A DNA stretch of 63,973 nucleotides, filler included, from Piptocephalis cylindrospora (GCA_003614145.1; 4 parts of 4 records of this genome joined end to end with filler, not necessarily neighbours in it); one strand, 5' to 3'. Numbered from the whole stretch's first letter, positions 12,589-25,604 are shown. A program made the numbers and translations. The notes: generated by a model not told the origin, from the sequence alone.

Positions 12589-13119
12589 ATGTGGAATACT
12601 TCTCTTCTTCTTGCTGCCCTAGCCTCTCTCTCCCTGGCTGCCACAGCTTCTCCGATCAATGGAACCAACGCCAATAACAATGCCACTGAGATTGATGGCC
12701 AGGATCATGGTAACCACGAGGGACAGCATGGAGGCTGGAATGGAACCAACGCCAATAACAATGCCACTGAGGTTGATGGCCAGGGTCATGGTGAGCACGA
12801 GGAACAGCATGAAGATTGCTCCGATCATCGAGGCGACCAAGAGGGCTACCTAACCAAGGGTGGAGAGAACGAGGGTCATGATGAAAATCATGAAGATCAA
12901 ATTGGTGACCATAATAACCAAAATGGCCACATGGATGACTGCGGCCACCAAGGAAACCAATTGACTGGAGATCAGGGCCACCAGAATAATTACGGAGGCC
13001 AATACGACCAGCGGAACCATGGCCAGAACAACCAGTGGAACCATCATCAGAACCAGTACGATGATGGCAGCTACCGCCCATGGGACTACGCTGGCTGGCA
13101 GGGCCATGCCAACTGGTAG
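12589..13119 (+). CDS. Small secreted N/Q/H/G-rich repeat protein
   Basis: Signal peptide MWNTSLLLAALASLSLAATA-SP, 27-aa repeat with NGT/NAT sequons, TATAAAA ~130 bp upstream. Confidence 0.75.
   Translation: MWNTSLLLAALASLSLAATASPINGTNANNNATEIDGQDHGNHEGQHGGWNGTNANNNATEVDGQGHGEHEEQHEDCSDHRGDQEGYLTKGGENEGHDENHEDQIGDHNNQNGHMDDCGHQGNQLTGDQGHQNNYGGQYDQRNHGQNNQWNHHQNQYDDGSYRPWDYAGWQGHANW
12658..12811 (+). repeat. 81-bp tandem repeat (~2 copies) within the secreted protein
   Basis: aatggaaccaacgccaataacaatgccactgag... begins at both 12658 and 12739. Confidence 0.9.
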
Positions 13120-13455
13120 AATTACCAGATGACAGAGAAATAGTCAGGATATGCGTCCTATAGAGCTTATGCTCCTAGAATTCATTATTCAAGTGTATGG
13201 GTGCTAGGACAACATGTGGGTTATTGGGGAGATCGTACTTCAATACCATTCACGGTTTCTTTTGAGGTTTGATCCTATAGGGGGTAAATATTGACAGACG
13301 ATAGCGGCTATAAGTGGGCCAGGAAAAACGCAGAGTAGCTTTATTTATTTGATGTGCCAGCCATCATTGAGCAGGAAAATACTCATTGAAATTTCGTTTC
13401 ACTAGCCTAGCCGTCAACAGACGAATTCGACCATTTCTTTAGAGGGGGGTCGGAT

Positions 13456-14928
13456 TCAGACTATGTTGAATCCCCGGAAGTAAGCACTATCGCCTGCGGG
13501 GTTCTTCACGGCGAAGTATTTGGAGCCCCCACCAAAGAAGGTCTGGAAGGAGGCACTATTGACACCTAGCTTTCCTTCCTTGCTGTAGATGACATTGTTG
13601 CGCTCAATGGACTTGCCATTGATCTCCAGCTTCATGTATCCCTTGGAACCTCCTTGGTTGGTACGGACCGTCAGCGAAACCTTGTTCCATTGTCCAGCAA
13701 TGAACTTGAGAACACCTCGATCAACGGATACCCCAAACTCCTCATCACAATCTGCGGAAGCTTCTCCGCAAAGACCCTGACCTTGAGGATCTGGGACATA
13801 CATGTAGGCCTCAGCATCTCCCTTGGCACGCCACATGACACGGACAGACCAACAGCTGGATGATTTGGCATCACGGTCACCACCAGAGCAATGATCTTCT
13901 CCACCTTGGAGGCCAGGAAGCTTCCCACCTTTGACCCAGTCAAAGTTCTTTGGGAAGAAAACCTCAAAGGAGTAGGTAGCATCCTTGCTCTTATGGGGCA
14001 TATACGCTGCACAAGCAGGTTTTCCATGTCCATGGTCACTAGTGGAATAAGAGCCCGTGGGATAGAAGGCCTTGACAGCTTCGACTCCCTGGAATTGTTC
14101 GATTTTGCAATTGGGGTTATAGATGACATTGATATTGCTATTTTTGACCTTTCCACCGAACTCGAGCGCGCTGCACATGGAGTCCATCAGGTTTCCGCGC
14201 CCAATTGGGCTTGTGGATGTAGTTTGGTTGCCTATGGGCTCGATGGACTTCGTGGAGTTTGTAGAGGTGTCGTCTGAGACGTCATCAGAGACAGGGGCCG
14301 AGGATGTGCTATTACTGGAGGAGTTCTCGGGACTTGGGGATTTTGATGTATCGTCCTCTTCACCGTCATCCTCTTCACCGTCATCCTCTTCATCGTCATC
14401 CTCTTCACCGTCATCCTCTTCACAACCCCCCTCATCGTCATCATCATCCTCCTCCTCCTCATTCTCTTCATCGTCATCCTCTTCCCCGCCATACTCTTCA
14501 CCGTCATCATCATCATCCTCCTCCTCCTCATCGTTTTCATCATCATCTCCCTCGTCGTCATCATCATCGTCATCATCATCGCTCTCATCATCCTCATCCT
14601 CCTCCTCCTCATCATCGCTCTCATTATCCTCATCCTCCTCCTCCTCCTCATCGCTCTCATCATCTTCCTCCTCCTCATCGTTCTCATCCTCATCGTTTTC
14701 ATCATCATCATCATCTTCTTCCTCCTCATCCTCACCCTCATCATTCTCGCTTGTAGAATAGGTCCTTTTCTTCAGAGAATTGACATGCCTTTCGACAAGG
14801 GATCGCCCAGGAATCGTAGACCCTTCATGGGGGGAGATGAGGGAAGGGGAAGCACGAGCATCCTGAGTACCAGTGTAGACAATAGCTAGGACCACCAGAG
14901 AGATCAAGGTTGGAGTGGAAATATGCAT
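13456..14928 (-). CDS. Secreted polysaccharide lyase family 14 (PL14) with long D/E tract
   Basis: Signal peptide, KKR (Kex2-like) site, ~130-aa D/E tract, then the PL14 motifs YPTGS, F-DWVKGGKLPGL-GG, SVRVMWR..G-AEAYMY and FQTFFGG. Confidence 0.85.
   Translation of the reverse strand: MHISTPTLISLVVLAIVYTGTQDARASPSLISPHEGSTIPGRSLVERHVNSLKKRTYSTSENDEGEDEEEEDDDDDENDEDENDEEEEDDESDEEEEEDEDNESDDEEEEDEDDESDDDDDDDDDEGDDDENDEEEEDDDDDGEEYGGEEDDDEENEEEEDDDDDEGGCEEDDGEEDDDEEDDGEEDDGEEDDTSKSPSPENSSSNSTSSAPVSDDVSDDTSTNSTKSIEPIGNQTTSTSPIGRGNLMDSMCSALEFGGKVKNSNINVIYNPNCKIEQFQGVEAVKAFYPTGSYSTSDHGHGKPACAAYMPHKSKDATYSFEVFFPKNFDWVKGGKLPGLQGGEDHCSGGDRDAKSSSCWSVRVMWRAKGDAEAYMYVPDPQGQGLCGEASADCDEEFGVSVDRGVLKFIAGQWNKVSLTVRTNQGGSKGYMKLEINGKSIERNNVIYSKEGKLGVNSASFQTFFGGGSKYFAVKNPAGDSAYFRGFNIV
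14349..14745. repeat. Degenerate TCA/TCC trinucleotide array encoding poly-Asp/Glu
   Basis: Directly visible low-complexity tract inside the PL14 gene. Confidence 0.9.
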
Positions 14929-16156
14929 GGCTCAACCAGTGCAAGGGTGATTCTTGGGGAAATGAACGAAATGGGTGAAAGTATAGGGAAAGTAGGCCAG
15001 GCCAGGGCTTACTTAAACGAGTGAGGATAGAAAAGGGAAGGTGCGTATGAGTGGCGCAACCAGTAGTGCGGTTTTGGGTAGGGTGGGGCAGGGGGGTTGA
15101 GGAAGGATGGGGTGATAAAAAGTGGAGGACGTGCGAGACAAGTTAACGTCCTATTATATGTGAGCTGTTACATTAGCTCAAAACGGCAGGAGAAAAAACC
15201 TAGACGGCTATGTTGCGATGGTCAGCCAATCGGCTCTTTAATTTTAAACTTCCGACTAGACCCCGTACTTCAATTTCCCACTGGACCGGGGCCCTTTCCT
15301 TCCATTTCCCGCAACTCCGACGAACCGTTTAACTCTCTGGGAGGAAGCGAATGTACACTGTGGATGACATATTTTCGACCAATGTGCGTCATCCTATTCC
15401 ATCTTGTGACCCAATATTGCCCGTTTCGGGCAAGCTGTTATTTCGAGTATCCATAAGGTAAATTTTCCCTCAGAGGCAATCAATATTGTTTCAGCGGCAT
15501 ATCTGGGAAGTTAAGTATGTTGAGGATAAGATCCACTGTGGGATATTTTCAAACTACGCAGGACAGGGGATCTGGAGCGAGATTTTGTTAAGCGTATCCA
15601 TTGGTGAATGGTTTAGAGTAACTTGGTGTAGCGCTGTTCCAATCCTGGTCCGGGTTCAGAATTCCCGGCCGAGAGAGAAGCAATGGGAACTGAGGCGCTC
15701 TGAGCAAGGTGGTTCTCTCTGCAGATAAATCATTGTGTTTTGGTTTGACTCACATAGAATGCACTTCTTGTTGACATGAAGGCACCCGACCTTGCTGTCC
15801 CTATGGCTTGAAATGAATATATTATTTCCTAAAACAGGGACACATAATTTTATTTTGATGACTTGACATAAAGTGCCATGGTAGTTTGTCGCTCCTGCAA
15901 TATCTGATCTATTCTTTCAATTAAAGATCGTTCGCTTGTTATACATATCATTTACTTTACATTTGGAGTTGACTGGCAATGATAGCAGTATCATACTAAA
16001 CTACTTAGGAGTAAAAGTAAATTGTGCGCTATTTCATTTGGAAAATAATTCGATTGGTGTGCCAGCCACCAGTGAACACGCTCATTCTCAATAAACATGC
16101 ATAGCACAAGGCTGGTTATGGCCTCCAAATGGCTTTAATCGACGGGAGTGCCGGAC

Positions 16157-16274
16157 CTAAACTATGTTGAATCCCCGGAAGTAAGCACTATCACCTGCGG
16201 GTTTCTTCACAGCGTAGTCTTTGGAGCCCCCACCAAAGAAGGTCTGGAAGGAGGCACTATTGACACCTAGCTTT
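16157..16274 (-). CDS. 3' end of a tandem PL14 paralogue, cut by the contig end
   Basis: Near-identical to 13461-13573 with a few substitutions. It has its own stop (TAG vs TGA) and a different 3' flank. Confidence 0.8.
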
Positions 16275-16374
16275 NNNNNNNNNNNNNNNNNNNNNNNNNN
16301 NNNNNNNNNNNNNNNNNNTTAATTAATTAANNNNNNNNNNNNNNNNNNNNNNNNNNNNNNNNNNNNNNNNNNNN
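16275..16374. other. Artificial contig spacer
   Basis: N44-TTAATTAATTAA-N44, which puts stops in all six frames. Confidence 0.98.
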
Positions 16375-19300
16375 AGGTTGACCGGCGTGTCCTGGGGATA
16401 CATACCGGTGGAAGAGAGCAAGAGGAAATAGGAATGATGGGTGATGGTAGGAGTTTGCTCCTTGAAGGGGCAATGGGTTGTGAGGTTACTTCTCGGGCCT
16501 TGAACCATTCTGTTGAGACGAAAGAAGAGAAGGAAAGCGACGCATTAGGAGATGTTGTGGGCATAAAAGCCAAGGCTTGGAGGAGAGGTGGAGAGGTATG
16601 GGAGGTGATGCGGGATGGGGGAAGAAAGATGAGGAGGGAAATTGGCCTTGGTGGCTTTGCATGCTTGGAAACCCGGGGAGCTAACTATTCTTTGGTTTCC
16701 TGGTCTGTGGCCCGATCCACTGCTCTGGAAGACTCAGCCAAGATGGTACATGACATTTGGAGAGCCGGCCTCCTTGGACAGCTCCTACTGGAGGATCTAA
16801 ATGAGCCATCTCAGGGGGGTATTATGTCCATTAGAGAGGCCGGATGGTACCTTGAGCAGGGTCGATTTCAGGAAGGGGGTCTTGAAGGATGGATGAGAGA
16901 TCGGTTGATCCCAGTTCTCTCGGATTCTACGTATCAGCGCAGATGGAGATGGGAGATGCTGCGTGAATGGTTTGAGAAACAAGTCTCCTCCTTGACTGAG
17001 GAAGGGCTTATTCCTGATGGCTCGACTTTTGAAAGGCCCAAAACCTTGATTTCCCTATCTTGGGAGATGGGTCTGCGCAAACAGAGTGGTCGGGGACGGA
17101 CTGGAAAAGTGGATGCCACTCGAGCTTTTCTGGAAGGATTTACGCGCTCTCTCTTGGCGAGTGTCGCTTACTGGGCCGAGAAGAGTGGTGCATTGGAAGA
17201 TGAGAAGAATATTTCCAAAATGGTCGATGACCAGGCTTGGTTCATGCTCCGATGCCTTATTTGGGAAGGTCACCGCCTTGTTGGAGGGGCAGGGAGTAGA
17301 GGCAAGTGGGACTCTACTAGAGATAGGGCCCTGGAGAGGGTCATGCTGATGGTGAGATGGATGGGGCAAGGCTTGGGGCAAGGAGAAGTTGACTGGGTAG
17401 CGCAGTGCTGGCCTCCTTTGACGAACTCCAAAAAGGGGACCACGACTGGAGGAGAGGGGATGGTAAGGATTTGGCAGTGGCTCAGGCCACTATCCCTTGC
17501 CTCGCCCACTCTACAACTCGAGGAACGAGAGGGTATTTTGGAAAGCCTGATGCGCCTACTCCGCTGTCCTGAAGTCACTAATGAGGTGATTGAAGACATG
17601 GGGGAGAAGAAGGATAGTGGGTGGGTAAAAGTGTGGCAGGGTGAGGCGATGCGAACCTTGGTGGAGATGATGGCTAGTTTATATTCCAGCCATGGCTCTG
17701 GGTCAAGGATTGCCGAGGAGGAAGAAGCTGAGCTCATTCAAGTTTGGAAGGAGATGATTGAGGTAAGTGAGGGCTGGGGGGAAGAGCATATGCATAATTA
17801 TGGGTGATGGTATCATGGATCATATCCATTCTCACTCGATTATCTTTCCTTGCCATAGCCACTGAAGGAAAAGGGTTGGAAGGGGCGGCGAAGGCTGGAA
17901 GGTCTGCAAGTGGATGAGATTAGACAGTCCAAGGAGGAAATGAGACTATTGTGTCGATCGTTTATCGGTGAAAATCAGGTAAGGGCTCTGGTACTGATCT
18001 TGGGTGGGGGAATGCGATAAGTATTCACCGTGTAATCTCAATGGGCTGTTTCCCTTTCTAGGATACCAAGAGTCTGTTGATATCGGCGGAGGCACGAGGA
18101 ACAATCCATCCAGATACATTGGTTCCTTATCAGCTTCTTCAATGGGCCGGGGAGGAACGGGATCCTCGGAGAATTGTAGAGGCATGGAGGGTGTGGAACG
18201 AACGACTATGGGCTCAAGGCGGCTCTGGTAGAATTTTCCTCCCGATGGAGACCATGTCAAGATTATCTTTAAGGTGAGAGGTCATTGAATGACTTTGTCG
18301 AGAGGAAAGGATGAAATTGCTGATTTTTCGCCTTTACTCTTAGGAACTCCTTGGAAGAAGCGCGTATTGAGGAGTGGGAGATGTGGTGTGAGGAGCTTGA
18401 GCAATGGAAGAATCCATCCGAGGCCAATGAGAAGGGCTCGAGTATTGAACACGTGGATTGGCAGTTATTGCGGTCTAGCGCCCTTGAGGTAGGTGCCCCT
18501 TCTTTTGGTTTGCATGGATGCATGAGTGGATTTGGAAGGTACTGGTCTTTTTTTTTGTTGTTGCTTTTCCTCTTATTCGTTTTTTCCACGTGCAGATTTG
18601 TCAAGTGATTCTCAAAGATGAAGATTCTTTGGATGAGAAGGAGCATTGGCTAATTCAAGCATTCCGGGACCCAGGACGCGTTAACTTACCTGAGACTTTT
18701 GAATCCCCGCTGATGAAGCCCATTTATCAAAAATACCTTCGGCCCCTTTACGATGCCTTGAGTAACACTTCTTCCTCCCAGTACTCATCATTTATGGCTC
18801 GAGGCGAGGCGTGGGCTAGATTGGGCTTGGCTGGCTTGGTTACTTTTGTAGATCCTAGTTGCATGGTGGACCCAGCCATGGAGGCGACCTTGAAGCAAGA
18901 GTGGTGGAGTCGACAGGGTCAAGAATCGGACGAAGAATTAAGGCTCCGGGAAGATATGATGCGAGTGACCCATGTGTACGAGAACCATTTGGCCCGGACT
19001 GACTTCCTGCAAGTATGGGGGAAGCAGTGTCTAGATGAGGCCAAGAAGGGTTACTTTGGTACGACTTTCCTTTTTTTCATCCTTTCTTTCCTCTTGTCTT
19101 CCTATGGCATTAGACTCATGTTTTTTCTCTTCCGTGGTTTAGGTCCAAGGGTCTACCGCAAGGGAGGGATCAATGGAAAGAGTATGCTGGAAGTCCAGGG
19201 ACAAGTCCACCAAATTCTTCTTGACCGCTTATTGGCTCCCATCTCCACATCAGAAAGAGAAAGCACAGTTATTGAAGATCTTCTTAGCGGTCTGAGATCG

Positions 19301-22300
19301 TGTAATCCAAGGGCTTGGGGCTCGGAGGAAGTACTACAGCGTGTCCTTGGAGAATGGCTACGTCGTGTCGATCAGACTTTTGGTCAAGAGTATCAGGACA
19401 TTCTTGGACCAATTCGGTACTTCCTTGGATGTCTAAGACATGGCCTCCGGCAAATGGTGCTTGGAGGGCGGTTACCCCACCATAATGGGGAGGAGGATCA
19501 TCTTTTGGAGGCGGTGCGGATTGGCAAGTACCCAGGGAAAGAGAGAGGCGGTGATGAGGAGTTGGAAGTGGCTTTCTTGGAGCATGCTTCCTCCACCGGC
19601 TCACCTTCTTTGACCCACCATCATCATGACAAGGACTGGGAGCGCCGCCTGAATGGTCTAGTAGAACGAACCATGCAGTCATGGCGTGAGGCGGAAGAGA
19701 AGAGGAAACAGGATGAGGTGGATGCTGCGGACATTTACAGGAGAAAGAAGGAGGAGTCCCATCAGGGAGAGGCTCTTCCGGAGGAAGAGGACGATCAGGA
19801 ACGGCAAGCCCTCTTCCCACAATATGACAAAATGTGGGAAGGGGTAGATCGGGAGTTGGATCAGCAACTACTCGCTGGAGACACTATCAACATCGTCAAT
19901 GCTGAAGAAATTAAGAAGGAGGAAGAAGGTGATGAGCAAGTTTCGGTGATTCAATTAACCAAACGGATTGGTCGAGTGGGTCGATTGTACACTCGGATGA
20001 TGAAGGGCTGTGGGGCTGAGCATAGCTTGAGCTCATCCTCTCCTGGAGTCATTGAGGCAAGGTTGGCGCATCTCCGGCGCCGGCTTCCTATGGATTCACC
20101 TGACACTACTGGAGAGGAGGTCAAGATGGTGGATGAGCCGATGGAAGATGGGGGCATGTCCCTTCTATTCTCCCGGGCTCCTCTTGATCTAGATGAGGCT
20201 TCGAAAGATCTGCTACAATTTGGCATGCTTCATACCGCCAATGGCCAAGCCATCCTTGGGACTACGGGGGTCCGTGTGGATATGCCCTCGCCATCCTCAT
20301 CGGCAGCTCCTCATGATTTTTACCATGATCCCCAGCCAAGGGAGGCTTCGAGGCTCTACTCCATTTTGACTGGGATGCGCAGGCGCATCAAGAATGATTT
20401 GTTATCCCAGTGGCCGGAACACGCCATTCTTCAGTATTTGGTAGCACTGGTGGATCGTTTATCCGGGTTCCGTCTAGGAAGCGCCCTTTCTTCCCTTTTA
20501 ACAGGAATTGAGTTATTGTTGAAGAAAGCGGAAGACTGGGAAGCCTACTCTGACAAGGCCCATTCCCTCCGTCAGCCTTACTTGGATGCTTTGACGACCT
20601 TGGTGGTTGATTGGCGTCGAGCAGAGCTGTCATCCTGGCCTGGTTTGCTTCGTGTAGAGGAGGAGAAGGTGAAGCAAGGAGTGTATGAGCGGTGGTGGCC
20701 TCACCTCTATGGATCAATGATGAGTCTGGAGGGGGATGGGGAGGAGGAGGTAAAGAGGGAGGAAATAGTGGAGATGGTAGAAGAGTTTCTCAGATCCGGG
20801 ACTCTGGGTGATTACGAGGAGAGAGTCCAGATGATTGTAGGAATTTATGAGGAGCTGAAACAAAGGGTTCAGGATGATCAGAAGACAAGGTTCCTGAATT
20901 CCTTAGGACACATTATACAGTTCCACGGCTGGATGCTTGGATCCAGTAGGGTAAGAAAGGAGGTGGAGACCCGGGGAGCCAAAATGCGGAGAGATCTAGC
21001 AGTGACGGTAAAAATGGCCTCGTGGAAGGATACGAATGTGCATGCCCTAAGGGAAAGTGCCATTCGGTCCCACCGAACCCTTGCCAAGGCGGTACGGAAG
21101 TACCGGGAGGATGTTCTAATGATGAAGGTGGCCGATATCCTCGGAGATTCGAGGATGGATGAAGCTATCCATTGGGATGGAGCCTTGGCCAATAGTCCTT
21201 CGTCTGAGGGCACCAAGAACCTAGTGAATGATGGGGCTAATGACCAGGTACATCCGGATACTGTGGAATCCGGCTTGACCAAGTGGAAAAAGTGGGCTGG
21301 GGAAGTGACGGGTCAGGAAGACAGACTCAGAGACCAGTCGCATGCCGAGGAAACGGATCCTTTGCAGATTAGCGAGGAAATCCTCCAGACTTTGGAGACA
21401 CTTCAAAAGGGAGATGTTTTTACGCCTCTTCCGACGGAAGAAAATACCAAGGAAGAGGAGGCCACTCGACGAGAACGCCATTTCAAAAATCGACGACTTG
21501 TTAAGAAGAAGGTCCTGGTGGACACGATCAAATGGCTTAAATCCCTTGGAATGAGGACACGCCGAGTCCCTGCGGAAAGGGCCTCCAAGACTTTTGTATG
21601 GAAGCGGCTCATTGGTTCAGCCAATCTAGTGAATATTAAAGATTCATTAATATCCGTAGAGGATAGGAAAGTTCTTGAACGATCCGAAGGGTATTGGACT
21701 AGGATCCTAAAGGGCTGCCCTGCGGTCATAGAAGCATCCATCCTTCTCCCTCCAGGCCCGGCCAGTGCAGCAGATGTTGGGCAAATGGAAAGAGTGAAAG
21801 TTGCTGGGCTAATTCAGTCCTTGATTGATCGTGCTTCCATGGAGAGGGAGCAAATCGGTGGGATGATTAAAGGCGTGGATCAGGTGAGATGGGAACGAAC
21901 ACTGATGATCCGTGTCCTGCGAGAGAATGGACAAGGGAGAGTGACAGGATCAAAGAAGGTTGATCAGTGGATTGGCGAATGGATGGGCCGGGTGAGGAGG
22001 CTGGTCATGGCTAGCCAGGAGGCCACGAGTCTAATGGGGTCCTCCCAAATGCCTCAAGCCTGGGTCAAGGCTGTGGATGATGCATGGAGAGCGGCGCAGG
22101 AAAGGTGGAATGAAAGCGGGATGGGTAGATGTAAGGTGGGCGGTGAATTGAGCGAGGTGTACTGGCTAGGTGCCAGTATTGAGGAATGGAGAAGGAAGGA
22201 GCTTGGGAAGCTCCAGTCCGTTGAGGGCCTGTGTCCTCGAACCATCTTAGGTGTGTGGGAGGAAGTCAAGGCGGAGGAAGCTGCCTTTTGGTCTCAGGAC

Positions 22301-25300
22301 CCCACCGACTATGATGATCTTCCGATGGAGGACAGAGTGTCGTTGGAAGAGAATGTGGAAGGGCTAGTGGATCGACTGAAGCGAATTTGTCAAGTATGGA
22401 AGCGGCATGAGGAGGACAAGGAGTCAATCGGAGGATGGGAGAGGATGAATGGACGAATGGATTGGTGGTCCAAGTCAATGTACCTGACCGAAGTAATCGA
22501 TGGTGCCAAGAGGGTGAATCAATCTCTTCTAGCCACTGATAGGTAAGCTGTACTACGAAATAGGATTGGAAGGTGTATTGTATTGATCAACCTACTCACC
22601 GTTCTATTATTCTCTGAACTCTAGTGGTAAGACCATTGACCATGCATCTCTTGAGCGAGCATGCGCCTGGATAAAGGAGTATGAATTTGCCATGGCCTCT
22701 ATGGCAACGAGATGGTTGAATTATCATCTGGCCCAAACCCGGCTGGCATTCATAGCCATCAAGGTTGGAGAGACGCTTTTGGAACGGGGATTATGTACTC
22801 CGGAAGATATACGGAATGGGGAAGAGGAAGGGGATGGAGAGGGGGATGGGGAGAGCAAATCCGGTGGTGTTGGTCTTGACGCGGGAGCTCAGGCAGCGAA
22901 GGATGCCAAGGATGTTACAGACGAAATGGAGGACGAGGAGCAGATGCTTGGACTTGAAGGGGATCAAGAGAGACAAGAGGAGGAAGAGGACCCCAGAGCT
23001 CCTGAAGAAGAGGATAAAGCCAAGGAGATGGAGGGCGACTTTGATGGAAAAATGCAGGATGCCCCCGGGAAGATGGAGGATGAGGAGGATGAAGAAAATG
23101 AGGAGGATGAAGGAGAACCGAATGAGGACATTGGTCAAGTCGAGGATAGCTTGGACCAGGAGGCTGTTGATGATAAGCTTTGGCAGGATGGGGATGAAGA
23201 GGAGAATGAGGAGGATAGACGAGAGTCAGGGAAGGAGGGGAAGCTGGATGAAGGAGCTGGAAAGGACAAGGAGATGATTGCAGGGGATGATGATCAGGCC
23301 GGAGAGGATCAACAAGGTGAGGAAGGTGAAACTAAAGAAGGGGATGATCAAGAAGGAGAGGAGGATCAAGAAGGAGATGAGATGGAGGAGGCTGACAAAG
23401 GCCTTGGCGCCGAGGAGGAAGTCAATGATGCGGACAAAGAGAAGAATGAGACCATGGACGATGATGTTGGTGGGGATATGCTGGATCTTCCTGAAGGCCT
23501 AAATCTGGATGATGAGGGCATGGATGATGGAGGGGAGGAAGATGGAGAGGATAAGATGGACCTGGATGACCTTGAAGATGAGGAGTCTGAGAGACAAGGT
23601 GAGAATGGAAAGGAAGAGGAAGGGATGGAAATGGGAATGGATGAAAAGGACGATAAAGAGGAAGGGGGAGACGAGGGGAGCGAAGATGAGAAAGAGGATG
23701 AGGCCGAGGCCGAGTCGACCAGTAAGGATATTGAGGGAGAAGAAGCCGGCGAAGAGGATGAGGATGATGAGGCCGAAGGTGAAATGGGAGGTGACAACCA
23801 CAAGGAGGATGATCAAGAAGGGATGCAATACGATGGGGCTGAGGAGCATGGTATGGGAGGCCAAGGAGAGGATGAGGCAGAAGGGGCTGGGGAGACAGAG
23901 GAGATGGAGCGTAAGGGCGGTGCAGGCGGCGAGGAGCAAGGTAAGGAGGAGGAGGATAAGGATAAGGAGATGACACAGGGAAGTACGGGCGGCGCTGAAG
24001 GGGAAAGGCAAGGATCCTCTTTTGAGGAACAGATGGGTCAAGCCGGATCCTCCACCACCAAGGATTCTGAAAAGGACGAAAGCCCCCGGAAGGACCTACC
24101 CAATCCCGAGAGGAGTCTGGTCAAGGATGTGATAACTGGATGGAAGAAGCGGCTAGAGGCTATGGCATCAATGGATGCTGAGGATGCTGAGGAGGCTGAA
24201 GAGACTAAAGAAGGAAACGAAGACGGAGGGGACGATTTTGAGTTTACCAAGCAGACCGAGCAAGATCAAGGTGAAGGACCAGAGAGAGGAGCATTAGGCG
24301 CTGCCACTGAAGAACAACAACAACAAGGGACATGGGATGAGGAGGAGGAGGAGGAAGGAGATGTAGAGGAGAAAGAGGACACGGAGATGGAAGATCAAAA
24401 GGAGAGGGTCGAAGGAAAGGAGGAGGGCGAGCACAAAGAGAAGGCAAGAGAGCCCTCTTCGGTATCCCTTCCGACCTATCAGCAAAAGTCAGAAGAAGTA
24501 AAGACCGAAAAGGGTGAGGAGGAGGTGACTGAGATGAAGAAGGAGGGAGAGCAAGAGGAGGAAAGGGGTATCAAAGACACGACACCTCGTCAGATGATGG
24601 AAGTGGTGTCAATGGGCCAGGAAAATGCATCGATGATCCCAGGGGAGGAGGAGGAGGAAGAGGACATGGCAACTCATCGGGAACTCTTGGAGGAGGGCTT
24701 GAGAACTTTGTTACAGGAAACCCCGGATCACCGAGAGGTGGATGCCTCTGTTGAAGCGTGGCTGGGGCAGGAGGAGGCAACGAGGGACCTAGCCAATCAG
24801 CTCTCCGAGCAGCTCCGACTAATTCTGGCGCCGACGCTTGCATCTCAACTCCGTGGGGATTACCGAACGGGGAAGCGATTGAGCATGCGTCGGATCATCC
24901 CGTATATTGCCAGCGAGTACCGCAAGGATCGGATTTGGTTACGGAGGACGCGACCGGCACGTCGACAGTATCAGGTACTCCTGGCCGTGGACGATAGCAA
25001 GTCCATGCGGGAGGGAAGATCAGCGGCGTTGGCCATTCAGACATTGGCGCTTCTCTCTGGGGCTCTTTCCCACCTGGATGTAGGAGAGCTTGGTGTTCTG
25101 GCCTTTGGGGACCGGGTAAGGCTTCTTCATCCCCTGGGGACGCCCATTTCCTCCGAGGCGGGAGGCCGACTTCTCCGGTCCTTTTCCTTTGATGCACCCC
25201 AAACGGACATTTCTGGAATGTTGCAGGGATCACTGGCGTTACTGGAAGAGGCACGTGGACGAATGGTAGGGCCGGCTGGGGAGTCCTTATGGCAGCTGGA

Positions 25301-25604
25301 AATTATTCTGTCAGACGGGGTATGTCAGGATCACGACCGGGTACGGTCCCTGTGTCGACGGGCGGCCGAAGCCCGGATCATGCTTTTGTTCATCATCCTG
25401 GATGATAAGCCTGAGGATCAAAGCATCCTCCGAACTAGCACCGTCAAGTATGAGATGGTGGATGGGAAGATGCAGCTGAAGATGACTCGGTACATGGAGG
25501 ACTTTCCCTTTGCTTACTATGTCGTCCTCCGGGATCTTGCTTCTCTTCCTTCTGTGGTGGCGGATGCGTTGAGGCAATTCTTTGTCATGGTTCAGGGGGC
25601 GTGA
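16375..25604 (+). CDS. MDN1: Midasin (ribosome biogenesis AAA-ATPase), 3' portion, multi-exon, 5'-truncated
   Basis: Linker motifs (DFYHD, WPEH, WEAYS, WRRAELSSW, KMASWKDTNVHALRESA), D/E-rich region, LSEQLRLILAPTLASQLRGDYRTGKRL, MIDAS motif DDSKSM and the C-terminus FPFAYYVVL..LRQFF. Introns at ~17763-17858, 17979-18061, 18274-18343, 18489-18595, ~19049-19143 and 22543-22624. Confidence 0.95.

Noticed and set aside
14123..14761. Poly-Ser, poly-His/Pro and poly-Met/Arg ORFs
   Set aside because: Shadow frames of the D/E trinucleotide tract in the PL14 gene.
15597..15677. tRNA-like segment (ccgggttcagaattcccggcc resembles a T-arm)
   Set aside because: The T-loop is the wrong length and no convincing acceptor, D or anticodon stems could be folded. 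tRNAscan-SE would settle it.
16319..16330. TTAATTAATTAA palindrome occurring three times
   Set aside because: Always centred in N44 runs; it is a synthetic six-frame-stop linker, not a biological repeat.
22765..24250. Several long alternative-frame and antisense ORFs
   Set aside because: By-products of the purine-rich midasin D/E region.
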